Part shown: piece by piece, positions 39,969-53,485 of the stretch
Layout: every line of letters starts with the position of its first letter
How positions within the stretch are numbered: position 1 is the first letter of the stretch
NCBI GenBank assembly: GCA_050273025.1
Contig: CP158635.1
Coordinates: 23,250,001-23,314,000, forward strand
DNA from: Cenococcum geophilum
Lineage: Eukaryota
Length of the DNA: 64,000 nucleotides
Direction: 5' to 3'
The notes under the pieces: generated by a model
Databases searched by the model: none
What the model saw: the letters and a program-made list of their open reading frames with translations, nothing else
What the model was told of the DNA's origin: nothing
Program-made: the position numbers and the translations under genes

Positions 39969-42900
39969 TGTAACGGCGCTATTGCACATTACCTGCCAAA
40001 TTCTGCCATATTCTGCCGACCTGCGATTGGCCCGCCTAAAGCTAGCGCCTTGGCGGCTTACCCTACATATTTATTTACATCGGTCCTAGCAACCCCTTTT
40101 TCTTCTCTTTAACTTAGTATCTTTGTAATACAGCATTCTATAAGCTTTAGTTTAGAGGTATTTATATAAGCCGTAATATTATACTAAGCTCACCCTACCT
40201 TACCTGGGAAGGCCTTAATAATATCCCACCCTAAAGAAACTTTGTCTACAACAACGCATTAACGCGCTATACTTAGACACTAAAACAACTCTACATTGCC
40301 TAGGAAGGCCTAGATAATATCCTACCTTATAAGCTAGATAGGATTAGACCTGTACCCCCGGAATTAAAACTAAAGCGTATAATACCGATAAACCTTAGGA
40401 AGCTAACGATGGCACCTAAAGCAAGCTTATCTAAGAGAGCTGCCTTTACCTAAGAGGAACCTGAGATCTAATTAGGATTAGAAATTGAAGATAATAATAA
40501 TATTATAGACGTACGCAAGCAGATTCGCGCCCTTGCAGCTAGCTAAAAAGCTGATTATCTTAAAGCGAGAAATATATAAGAGACCCTATAAGAGATTCTA
40601 GAAAGCCTCGTAGCCCTATAAAATAGCCTAGCTTCCCTTTTTTAAAGCCCTAGCCGACCTATTTACTCTACTAAATATAATATACTAGGGAGTATGGATA
40701 TAATAATAAAGTAATTAAAGTCCGTTAAGCTCCCTAACCCCCTACTACTATTTAACGGGATAGACCCTACCTTTAAGAATTAGAGGATTTAAGTATAAGG
40801 AAAGCTCTGCGTTAACTATAACCATTTCCTTTCTAAAGAAGCTAAAATACTCTACCTCTTTAGTTAAACTACTAGGGACGCCCAACGGCACCTTTAAGCT
40901 AAGTTTAAGGACAACTTCCCTATCTAATTTATATCTGTTAATAAGATAATACGGCACCTAGTAGCTATCTATATTAACCTAAATAAAGTACGGGATACCC
41001 GTTATAACTATAATCGCCTAATAATAAAACTAAACTAACCCTTTACTAAATTTTAGACTTAATTTCTATACCTTATAGGAGAAGGCTAGGTTTCCCTTAA
41101 GAACAATTAATTAGACCTATATAATAAGCTAATAATTTAGCTATAAGAAAAGATCGCCGTAGCCTTAAATAACCTACTAACTTATAAAAGACTTATAGCT
41201 TATTGCCTATTATTAGACTTAGAACTAAAGTGGATTAATGCCCGCCCTAATTAGTAAAAGCAACTCTGTAATAATTGGAACTCGCTAGCTATACCTATAG
41301 GAGCTAGAGTAGGAAGATAAGTTATAACTACTCTTACACTAAAGGCGGTTGTAACTACGTATTGGCGAGCCTCGCCCGACTAGTTATATACTACGCTATT
41401 AACTAGTATTCGCCGCAATACTCTAATTAACCCTGCCTCGGCTATATGCTATAACTGCAATAAGTAGGGTTACTTTGCCTTATCTTGCCTAGAGCTAAAG
41501 GATATAGGCGATATTAAGGAGATAGAGGAAGGAGAAATGTTAGATAAGTTGGGAAAAGAAGAACCCTAGGGAAAGACTCCCCCCTAGGGTACCCTATTGA
41601 TCTTAAAGAGATTAATTTTAGTTAGTTAATAGGTAGAAAGTATTTTATAGTTCTATATATAGTATCTTAAAATGGATATAGAGTTAATATAACCGCCCTT
41701 ATTAATACTAGAGCAAATGGCTTTGCCTTTATAAATACTGCCTATATAAATAATGTTGCTAAGTTTCTAAATACAGAAGCTATCTAACTAGAGAAGCCTA
41801 TTTAGGTAAAAGGCTATAATGGTTAAGCCGGTCGGCCCGTTACCCACGTCTTAAAATTATATATCGCTCTTAACGGACGACGCTAATATAGTATCCCCTT
41901 TTGCATCCTAGACCTAGGGTCCTATAATATAATCCTTAGACGAAAATAGATGTCCTATTTTAATATTTGGTTAAATATATAATAAAGACGGTTTATTTAG
42001 CTAGAGGATAGACTAAGGTTGCCCTCCTTTATTAGGGAGATCTGAACTAACTATAAGACACTAGCCGTAAGGGCTAACCCTACCTACTAGTAGGATGTCC
42101 GGGCCCGTAACCTAGCCTTTACCTAAGAAGACGCCTACCGCAAAGCTAGAAAGAACTCTATACCGATAAAGATACTCTTCTAAAGCGCTACGTTTAAAGA
42201 GGACTCTACGTACGGAAGCGGGATAGATAGTAATATAGACGATGTCTAAATCGCATAGATCTAACCGGTATAGAAAAGAACGTATTAATAGGATATAAGG
42301 GATAACCTCCGAAAGATGCAATAGGAGCTAAAAGGAGTAATAATAACGCCAGTACCCTAGAAGTCCCTAAAGTTACATACGCCCCTATTATTAGGCAACC
42401 CCCCTACTATAGACATTACCGCAATTAGTGCTGTAGCATTTCACTTTAATATATACCGGAAGGATAATAAGGTCTTTATAACGAGCCTATATAAAATTAA
42501 CTAAATTATTAATAATAGAGAGGAAAGGCCAGCTAAGGAAACTAATAAGGAACTAGTTAAACGCCTCTTTCCTACTATTTATACAGACTATAAGGATACA
42601 TTTTTAAAGGCGGGCTTAGATAAGTTACCCCCCCACTAAATATATAATTATAAGATTTAATTAGAAGCTAATAACTCGCTAGGCTATAGCCCCCTCTACT
42701 ATTAATTAATAGATAAGCTAAAAGCAATAAAGTAGTACTTAATTAATAACCTAGATAAAGGGTTTATTAAGCTAAGTTAAGCCCCTTTTACTTCCCCTAT
42801 CCTATTCATAAAAAAGCCTAATAAAGGCCTTTGTTTTTATATCGACTATTAAAAGCTAAACGCTATTACTTAAAAGGACTAGTATCCTATTTCTTTAATT

Positions 42901-45900
42901 AACGAGACCCTTGCACGCCTAAGCTAGGTAAAGATCTTTACTAAACTTAATATCCGCTAAGCTTTCTACCGAATTAGGATAAACCCTATATCTAAAGATT
43001 TAATAACGTTTTGTACCCGTTATAGTTCCTATAAATATAAAGTTCTTCCTTTTAGACTAATAAACGGACCGGCTATGTACTAAAGGTATATAAATAACAT
43101 TCTTTTTAATTACCTTAACAAATTCTGCACGGCATACCTAGACAACATTCTTATATACTTAGATAATAAACTTAAGCATTAAGTTTATGTTAAGAAGGTC
43201 CTAGAGAGACTACAGAACGCGGGCTTATAAGTTAATATTAAGAAATGTAAGTTTAGGGTAAAATATATAAAATACCTTAGGTTTATTGTAATTATAGAAG
43301 GAATTAAGGTTAACCCTAAGAAGGTAGAGGTAATCCGTAACTAGAAGCCCCCTTATACAGTAAAAGGAATCTAATTCTTCCTTAGCTTTTGTAACTTCTA
43401 CCGCTAGTTTATCTATAACTACGGAATTATAGCAAAACCTTTTATACGACTAACTAGGAAGGATACGCCTTTTATCTTTAATAATAGCTATATAGAAGCC
43501 TTTAAAAAGATAAAGGATTGGCTTATCTCTTCCCTAATTCTTTATTACTATAACCCGGACCTTAAATTAATGCTAGAAACGGACGCCTTTAATAAGGTTA
43601 TAGCGGGAATTCTATTATAGTTATATCTAGACGGCAAATAGTACCCTATAGCTTTCTTCTTAAAGATAATAGACTTAGCTAAGTATAACTACGAAGTATA
43701 TAATAAAGAAATGCTAGCTATTATTTAATTACTCTCCTAATAGCGCGCAGAGCTTAAAGGTATAAACTCCTAGATTAAGATATATATAGATTATAAAGCC
43801 CTAGAGTACTTTATAACTATAAAGTAGCTTACTAAACAATAAGCCTAGTAGGCTGAAATACTCTCCTAATTCTTCTTTATAATTATATATTATTCTAGTA
43901 AGTAAAACTTTAAGGCTAATGCCCTAACCTAAAGAGAATAAGATATAGGACCTTAGGATAAGCTAAAGACCTAATATTGGACGCGCGCCCTCCTCTATCT
44001 AGAATAGCTTAACCTATGGATTCTTAAGGAGCTAAACTCCTAATAAAACGAGCTAGCACTAATAGAGGAGTCCTTAAATAAGCTAATAGGGCTAATTAAC
44101 CGCCTCCTAACTATAAACCGTACGGCTAATGCCCTAAAGGCCCTCTGCAAATAAGCCGTAAAAGAAAATCCCAATTTTAAGATGGAGGAAGGATTGCTCC
44201 TATATTAGGAGCGGCTTATAGTCCCTAACGTTAATAATCTACGGACTAAACTAATCCGCGAAGCTTATTGCTAAGTTTCTATAGCACACCCTAGCAAAAA
44301 TAAGACCCGTAAAATTATTAACTGCCGCTACTACTAGCCAAGAATGGTTGTGGATATTAATTAATATATACGGAACTACGAAGACTATAGGAGAGCTATA
44401 ATCCCATAGGATAAGACCCTAGGACTACTTAAGCCACTCCTAATACTAGGGCGCCCTTAGTAGTATATCTCTATAGACTTCTATAAACTACCTAGGGACC
44501 GTAACGGATATAATATAGTTATAGTCATAGTTAACCGCTTTGGTAAACGCCCGTTCTTAATTCCCTATTATAAGAATATTAATACTAAAGAGGCAGCCCA
44601 GCTATATATTTATTATATTTACCAAATCTATAGACCACTAGATACTATTATATCTAATTATAGGCTATAGTTTATATTAGCCTTCTGGAATAAGTTTACC
44701 TGGATCCTAGGTATTAAGCTAAGGCTTTTTACGGCTTATTACCCCTAGACAGACGGTTAGATAGAGATCGTAAATTAGTACCTAAACTAGAGGCTTAGGC
44801 CCTTTGTTAACTATTTCTAGGACAACTAGTCTAAACTACTACCCTTAATAAACTACGCGTAAGCAACCCTACCCTATAACTCTACAGGGTTTGCCCCAAT
44901 TTAGCTAAAAATAAAATACTTACCCTATATAAGCTTTAACTAGAAAAGGCTAGAAGAACCCTAGACTATATAAAAGAAGCTATTCTATACTAAGGCCTAA
45001 TAGTACGCTAAATAATTAGAGAAAGCCTAGACGGTAGCCTATAAGAACCTAAAAAAAGCTTAGAGGTTAATAGAATAGCAGGCGAATAAACACCGTTAAG
45101 AGCCTAATTTTGCCCCTAGTAATATAGTCTAGGTTATAATAAGGAATTAGAAAACCGAACGACCTAGCTATAAGCTAGACTACTAGATAGTAGGACCGTA
45201 TAAGGGTTTTAAAAAGATAGGCAACTTATATAAGATAAAGCTCCTAGATTTAATTAGGGTTTACCCTATCTTCTTACTAGATAAGTTACGGAAAGCTATA
45301 AACGACCTATTGCCTAGATAAAAGAATAAGCCTCCCCTACTAGTTTAAGTAAACAGTGATAATAAATAGGAGGTTAATGAAATACTAGCCTACAAGATAG
45401 TATGGGGAACGCTAAAATACCGTGTCTAATAGAAGGGCTACAATCCTAACCCAATCTAATACCCTATATGGAACTTTATAGGCTGCCCCTAGAAGCTTAA
45501 AGAATTCTATAACTAATACCCTAATGCGCCTAGACCCCTAAAGTACCTAGATAAATGGATGAAATACTAGTATAATAAAGATAATAAGTTACCGGAAGAA
45601 TATAGGGACAAAAACGCCCCAAAGCCCTAATATAGCTATCTGCCAAATTCTACTGTTTTCTGCCAGTACCGTAAAATTTTAGATATCTAGGAACTTTAAC
45701 CGCCGGTTAAAGTTATCTAATTAGTTAGATCCGTGCTAAGACTTTTAGCGGCTACTCTTTCTAGCCTAGTGCTTCCACTTAGCCTATAATTACCCTTTAT
45801 ACTTAGTTTGGACGTACTTGTGTCCCCTTTATCTCCTTATCTTATATTTTATAATCCTACGTTTATAAGCCTAGTACTACCCTATTTCTAACTAAGCCTA

Positions 45901-46141
45901 AGAGCAGGCTTTCTTTCAAAGAGGGGGGTGATGTAACGGCGCTATTGCACGTTACCTGCTAAATTCTGCCATATTCTGCCGACCTATAATTAGCCCGCCC
46001 AAAGCTAGCGCCTTAGCGGCTTACCCTATATATTTGTTTATATCGGTCCTAGCAACCCCTTTTCCTTCTCTTTAGCTTAGTATCTTTGTAATATAGCATT
46101 CTACAAGCTTTGGTTTAGAGGCATTTATACGAGCCGTAATA
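39969..46141 (+). mobile_element. Gypsy element E nested in the polypurine tract of C; LTRs 39969-40178 and 45932-46141; TSD GGGGG
   Basis: Two 210 bp LTRs; gag knuckle CYNCNK*GYFALSC (~41447-41490); protease ALINTRANG (DTGA relic, ~41700); AYLDNILIY (~43135); integrase and chromodomain; PPT gagggggg. Confidence 0.93.
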
Positions 46142-46458
46142 GGGGGGGCATTATTAGGTGAAACCTAAGTAGATAATTATATAGCCGTAAGATATAGGCG
46201 ACCCTAGGGCAACCTAGGGGTAACTCGCCTATAAGGTACGTGCTCTGCATATACCTAGGGAAAACCCTTCCTACCTCGCACATAGACTCCTCCTTTTCCC
46301 TTAAGGATTCGTCTCTGTCTATACAATATACCTATTATTCTATCATTGGACTCCCTATCCACATCCTTACCTTATATATTTACTATATATAAAGCAGGCA
46401 CCTATAATATAGGTACTAATTACTAGCTATATAATAATATAATCCTAAACAGTATAAC

Positions 46459-49400
46459 TGTCAGTATACTCGCTTTATTAACGTACACGAATATCACTCG
46501 TAGTGGTACGTATACGGTGTTGAAGTTAGTAGTTAATTGTTGTTTAGAAGTAAGGGGTTGCTCTAAGGTCAGATTAGTTAACCTCGCTCTATAGTCTCGT
46601 AACTATATTACATAATTAACGTTCCGATATTAGAGCAACTCTAAAAAAGAGGCTAATCTATATTCTAAAGTTAAGTCTACTTCTAGACTATACGTAGCGT
46701 ATACATAATAACGATTTTCTGCTAAATTCTGCTAAGTTGCCGAATTCTGCTAAATTCTGCTAGGTTGCTGAATTCTGCCAAATTCTGCTATGTTGCTGAA
46801 TTCTGCCATCTTCTGCCAATTATATAACCCGTAAACCACCTTCTATTACTCCTTACGTTCCACTTAACCTACAGCCTATATATTGACTTGGTTCGTGTTA
46901 ATAAGTCGCTGTAGAGCAATATAAGGCTTCCCCTTAGTTATCGCGTCCGTAGGGTTAGCTTCACTATTAATCCATTTAACCTTTATAATCTGCCGACGTT
47001 CGTAGGCTTATCATAGGCATATTATATTAATTATCAATCGCTTCTCTTATATAGTTCTAAGTCATACAAGACAGTTATATAGCGACTTAGAATCGGTATA
47101 AAGCATAAGCGGGAGGTTGATCTGTAGGACCTTATCTATTATAGACTTAATAGCGACGGCGATATTAAAGCCGTAAGCTATTCTATAGAGTTTAGAAGCC
47201 AGAACGCTTCTAGTAACTCTTTTACACTTAATTAAGCTCCAATAAACGATATTAGCCTTCTTAGTTGCGTTAGTTAGTATAATAACGTAGCCAATTTACG
47301 AAGAGAGGTCCTTATTATTAGCAAATAAAGCGTCCGTAAAGATTAAGAGCTATAGGGTCTTAGCCTCTAATTTAACAAACTTAAGACCTCTATATAAGTT
47401 CTAAATCTGCCAACTTAGGCGCTTATTTAACTCCTTTACGTCTACCTCCTTAGGGTTAGTTACTTGGGCAGTAGAGGATAAGTTAAATAAAGCCTCTAGC
47501 TAACAGACTGAGGTAATATAGGCTCCTCTAGCGCGTTAAGCAATATACTAGTCCTTTAGCGTAAGTAAGCCACGCGTAATTCCTCTAGAGCTAGTGCTAT
47601 TTACTAGCGTAGTATTAACCACACTAAGGTTCTTACACTAGCGCTTTTACGTTAGCGTAATACTCCCGTCTTATATTAATTAAATAAGTCCTCTATTAAA
47701 CTTAATTGGTATATTAGCGGTTAATTACTCTCGCTCCTTAGCTATAAATTTAGCCTTATATAGTTCGCTTTATTTAGCCTCTATAAAGGTATTATCTATA
47801 AGAAATAGTATATTATTAGTCTATAGGCCGACAATTCCAAAAGGCTTATCGCTATAGAGTAAGTAAGGGTTATACGTAGACTAGTTTATTTGCAGCTGAT
47901 TAATGTAGTGTAAATAGTAGGTCTTAAACCAATAGTTTCTAGCTTTAGGTACTCTATAAAGTGGCTTTATAACCTTTAGAACGGAGTCCGTATTAATTCC
48001 CAATTGTTTATTTAGCTTATGTGGTGGTTATACGTAGAACTCGCGGTTTAGGTTTGTAGTAGACTGGACGTAGGCTTATAAGATATCTTAGAGGTAAAGT
48101 CATGTTTATAGTAGCATAGCAGCAATACAGAGAATTAGCCGCTGGCTAACTCGTTAAATTATTAGTAACTAAGTAAGGACCAGCTCTTTCTCTAAGTCAT
48201 TATAGGCCTGTATAACGAGTCGTGATTTCTTAAAGGCTTTATTGGTTCCCTTATTTTTAATCTCATCAATAAACCGTAAATTAAAAAGTCTAACCCCCTT
48301 TGGTATATTGTATAGTTTAATAATCTTAAAGACGCCTTTCTCGAGTAGGCCTATAACCTCCTTTTGTTGTAAAGTGCTGAATTGGGTGTTGCTATCATTC
48401 TATAAGTAAATAGTAGTACTAGCTATATCTGCGGTATTATCGTCCTATAAGTAGATAGCGATATCTATAATATTCGCAATATTCGCAATATTACCTATAA
48501 AAGCGTCTATATCTATTATAGCATCCATAATAGTTATGTCTACGATAGCTGTAAGTAATAGGTATTTACGGGGGCGACCTTTACCTCGCTTTGGCGGTAG
48601 CTGTGGTTTAGCCTTAGGTAACGATTAAGGTTCGGCTAGTAAAGGTACTGGTTTATCTAATTTAGTAGACTCTCGTAGTTTAACTAGGTCTTATGGGTCT
48701 AGTAGGTAAGATTTTACAACCGTAAAGCGGAAGGTTATAGGCCCATTTAGTAGCTTTACGGTGTAGGTCTCGCCGTTAACAGTAAATAGTATATATAGTC
48801 TGTCCTAATAACTACTTTAGCTAGTATTACCTTCTCTCCAGACTAAGACAGGCGAACTAGGTGGAAGGCTATAAATAGCGTCAGTTTGTAGTCCATTTTG
48901 CATATTAAGAGCGTTAGCGATCTATCGTTTAGCTTATAGCTTCTAGATTTCCACCATTACTTTCTTAATAGCCGTAGCTCGTTATATAACTAAAGGTAAT
49001 AGTACGTCCAATTTAACTATTTAGGGGTAGGCTCTAAAGACTAGGAGTATAGGGACTAGGCCTTCTAGGCCGGCCGTATTATTAATGGCTTTAAAGGCCA
49101 TTTATAAGGCCATCTCCTTACTAATTTTAGGGATTTTAGTCGTAATAATTTGGTAGGCTCGTTGTAGCGGGCTATAGTAGCGTTCTACCATTCTAATAGA
49201 ATTATGTGATTTGACTAGAACCGACTTTATAGTTGCTCCCATAGTAGCTATATAGTGCTTAAACTCCTTACTAATAAAGTTCTTTCTAGTATCTATAGTG
49301 ATTAAGTCTGGTAGTCCTAAATAGCTATTAATCTAGTATATTTGAAGAACGTCCTAAGTATACTTGGCGCTAATATCTTATAGCTATCTGCCAGCTTAAA

Positions 49401-52400
49401 ATCGAGTTACTTTATTAACTACGTATAGTAGGGGGGAGCCGCTAATATATATAATGTCGACGATAATATTATAATTAAAATTAACGTCGTTTTATAAGGT
49501 GAAGCGAAATCTACCTAGGGGTTTGCTAAACTTCTAGCAGTAGTAGCAGAGTCTGGTTAGTTCTTTAATAGCAGATCTATTAGTGTCGTGGCCGTAGCCA
49601 GCCTTATTAAAAAGCTTTTATAGTTTATTAACTAACGGGTAACCAAATTAACGGTATAGATGTTGTAGTTTTACGTTAGTTAAGTAGCAAGGGTTTGTAT
49701 TAAAAGACTCGACTAAATAAGACTATAGGGAGAAGCTCTATAGGAGAAATGGGTGGCCAAATCGTCTAACTACTGGCACCTTTTTAGTGCGAGTAATAAT
49801 AACGTCTTTTAGGTTATCGTATTTAATATAGAGTCTATCTATATCTACTAAGCAAAGTAGGAAAGAAGTATCTGCTTTAACGATATGGAATTATACCTTG
49901 CCTATAAGGCTGTTAACGTCTATAGTTCCGATAGACGTAGAGGCTTTAATCCCAAATTGGACAGTTACTTAGTCCTTAGTTAATATGTTAAGACTTACGG
50001 ACTTATCTACGGCCTATAGAGCTTGGAATTAGCCATAGCCAGCCGTAGACTTACGCGAAGCACCCGTATTAATTATAATTCCTATAAAGACCGTTAAGGT
50101 ATATCGTAACGCTATAGCTGTAGCCGTACTATAGGCAAATGGGTCGGTCTCCGTATAAGGTTCCGTGGTAGACTCCGTAGTGAGTTTTAAAGCCATAAGC
50201 AGGTATATATAAGCCTTATTAGCTAGCTCTACGCTTATAGAGGTTGCTTTCTCTATAGTAAGTGTTCTAAAGGTAGTAATGTAGGTAGAACTATTATTAG
50301 GTTCTCCGGCATCGCTTTTAAAGTTATTAGCGTCGTATATATAGGCTTTAAAGTCTAAGTTATCCTCTTTATCTCTTTTATAAACGGCGACGTATTATTT
50401 AAAGTGGTTATTAAAGTTGCCCTTATTGCGGCCTTTAATATTAATAAAGCGTCTCTTATAGTCGTCTCTAGATTAATTACGCTCCTTATCTATATATTTC
50501 TATAAACGGCAGTCCTCCTTCTTATAGACGTAGCACTTAGCCTTTAGTCTGCCGTTAGTTCTATAGGGGCGATTGCTACCGTAGTAATTAGTGTTTCGGT
50601 CTCAATTCTGGTTATTTTAGTAGTAGCGTTAATCCGTAAAAAAAGCTTAGTAAAACGATCTTATTAAGGCCTATAGGGGGTATTCTTTTTCCCACGTAAT
50701 AATAGAGAATTATAGCTTACTAATTAACTAAGAGAGGTCTTTTAAAGGGTTAGAGACAGTAATACGGCATACTAGTACTCCCTAGCAAGTAGTAACTAAC
50801 TTATTTATAAGAATGCGGTTTATATAAAAGTCTAGGTGTAGTCTATAATGTTATTTTAGCAGCTTATCTATAAGTAGTTAGAAGTTTTAATAGATTAACT
50901 TATTAGGGTTCTTGTCTATAACTCCTTAGAGGGTTATACTATTCCACTCCGTAAGGTTCTTATAGTAGTATTCTGGCCCTTTAAAGAATTGTTATATATA
51001 GTTACAGGCTTTAGTAAAAGGTCTTAACTTAAGGTTGCTATTATAATAGTAGTTCTAAGCAAGCCCCTTTAGTATACTAGGGAATGCTACTGCGTAGCCT
51101 TTTAGTAGTAAGCTAGATCTCTTGCAGATGTTATAGAAGATAGTTAACTTAAAGTTAAAGCTATCACTAACTTTATTGTACTTTTAGTCGTCTATATAGA
51201 TCTTTATAATTATAGCTACCTTCTTATTATATCTAGGTCCTTACCTAGGTCCTTGCTCTACACTAGATACGGCTAGTTTAGGTAGTATATATATATATAG
51301 CTGCTACAGTTACTATAGCTGCTATAGTTGCTGCTTTCTTAGCTATAGTAGTTAGTCAATAAGAGCGTGGATTTGTTTATAATTGGGGGATTAAGGACTA
51401 AAAGGGGTAGTAGGGGTAGCGGGGGTAGTAATTAGAGTAGCTAGTAGTGTAGCAATCGGAGTAGCTGGTGGTGTAGTAATTGGAGTAGCTAGTGGAATTG
51501 GCGGAGCAGTTAGTAGGGCTAGAGGTATAAATATAGGTGTTTGCGTACTAGACCCAGGTAGTATTATAACTATAGCTATACGCTAAGCCGATAGACCGTT
51601 ATAAGTGTAGTTTAACCTATTTTATAGTACTTTCGTAGCTAGTAGTTCTGCTAACTCCTTAATAGTTGCTATAATCTCCTTATCTGTCCATTAATGCAGC
51701 TCTTCTTATTATATAACTTTAAATAATAGTTCAGATATAGTAACTCTGTTGCTAGGTTTGCCTATATATACACCTCCTTTAAGGAAATGTTTTCACAGCT
51801 TAGATCTAGTATCTATACGCATCTTCTTAAAGTTCTCTACTATAAACCCTTTAAACTACTCTTAAAAGATAGTCCATAAGTTATTATCCGTAAGGTCTTA
51901 TATTAGGTATATTATTATCTATATAAACTCTACTAGTTCGTCCTTTATAGCCTTATCTACATTAATTCTGTATCCGTATTTACTAGCCATTACGGCCTAT
52001 TCTTCCTCCGTTTATGCTATAGTTATAGGTATAAGGGTAGGTATAAGGGTAGGTCGTTGTTTAAGTGTTAAAGTAAGAGTGTAAAGGTATATACGTGTCC
52101 TATTAACGAATCTACAGTTCTTAGACACTGTAAACGATTCTTAGTAAAGATACGGTCCTCTAGGCGATCTGACGCATTAACAGTTAAGTTAATACGTGGT
52201 TTTAAGCTTTAAGGGTCCTCTAGGCGATCTAACGCGTCAACAGTTAAGCTAATGCGTGGTTTTAAGCTTTAAGGATAACGTAGCTCTCTCTAAGTAAAGA
52301 TACGATTCTCTAGGCGATCTAACGCATTAGTAGGCTAATACGTGGTCTCAAGCTTCGAGGGTAACGTAGTTTTCTCCTTTAACTAAAATAGGGTAATAGC

Positions 52401-52660
52401 TCTGCGATCTAACGCGTTAGCAGTTAAGCTAATGCGTGGTTTCGAGCTTTACTATTACATATTTCCTAATCTATACGTCTACTAATTAGTATTAGTATAC
52501 TTGCTTTATCAACGTGCACGAATATTACTCGTAGTGGTACGTATGCGGTGTTAAAGTTGGTAGTTAATTGTTATCTAGAAGTAAGGGGTTGCTCTAAGGT
52601 TAGATTAGTTAACCTCGCTCCATAGTCTCGTGACTACATCACGTGATTAACGTTCCGACA
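46459..52660 (-). mobile_element. Full-length RIP-inactivated Ty1/copia element F; LTRs 46459-46629 and 52490-52660; TSD ATAAC
   Basis: Two 171 bp LTRs; ATAAC at 46454-46458 and 52661-52665. Minus-strand protease IIINTGASRKSTAGYG (~50085-50035), integrase, RT (KPLYRVPKA) and RNase H (RSVLASKLY). Same clade as the element at 1-3143. Confidence 0.94.
52130..52452. repeat. ~60-100 bp imperfect tandem repeats in the 5' leader of copia F
   Basis: ggcgatctaacgc.ttaacagttaagctaatgcgtggtttaagcttt occurs 4 times. Confidence 0.8.
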
Positions 52661-53096
52661 ATAACCACTATATATATTATTAATAATTAATTAAGATTTG
52701 TTAATAAGCTCTGGTTAAGAAATAACTCTATATATACTAGAATGGGCCTATATCTAATTAAGGGCATAAAAATATTAGTAATTACTATTTAGACACTATT
52801 AAGTCCTAGAAAAATATTATTAGCTAAAGCAGTATATATACTACTAGCCTTCTATATAAATTTAGCTTACTTAAAAAAGTTTAATAATAAGCATATATAG
52901 TAGGACAATAAATAGAACTTACTAATTATAAAACGTTTACCTATTACGAACGCTATTATAATTAATTAATACTTAAGTATAATAAGCCGTAACCAAGGAC
53001 CCCAAATAAGGCCTTATTTATAATTTAATTATAAAAACCCCTTTCTAATTAGGAAATAGTAGGTAGGTTTTAGTATAAAAGGCTAGGCATTAGGGC

Positions 53097-53485
53097 TATT
53101 ATAGACCTTATATTAGTAGTAGTACGGCTATTTAAAGAGGATATAGACGGATTAGTAGTATTAGTATAAGAGGTATTAGAACCGGTTAAACTATGGAATA
53201 AAGGGTAACCAAGTTATATAACGGATTATATTACTAATTTAGTACGTAAAATCTATAAAAGTAGCGAGGAGTGTTATATATTAAGCATACTCTATATACC
53301 TTGCGTACTTAGTATTTTTTAAACATAGTATTATATATTTAAAGGACCATTGTTATAGACCATATATTAGTAGTAGTGCGACTACTAAGAAGAGATATAA
53401 ATAGGTTAGTTAAGATAGTATAGGAGGCGCTGGAACTAATTAAGCTATAAAATAAGGGGTAGCCAAGTTATATAGCTAGTTACGT
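53097..53485 (+). repeat. Two adjacent truncated LTR-like copies (53097-53350 and 53351-53485), distantly related to the LTR of D
   Basis: Both begin t(g/a)ttatagacc.tatattagtagtagt and share gaacc..gg.taaccaagttatata with the D LTR. Confidence 0.55.

Larger units (their letters stand above)
25484..46376 (+). mobile_element. Gypsy element C, full length with two nested elements; LTRs 25484-25708 and 46152-46376; TSD TATTT
   Basis: Matching ~225 bp LTRs; TATTT at 25479-25483 and 46377-46381. Own coding relics at 25760-25847 and 33722-39100: RT (ORF 35939-36130 MRLYIDYRRLNKITIKNRYPL; YLDNILIY ~36265), RNase H, integrase, chromodomain. Confidence 0.92.
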
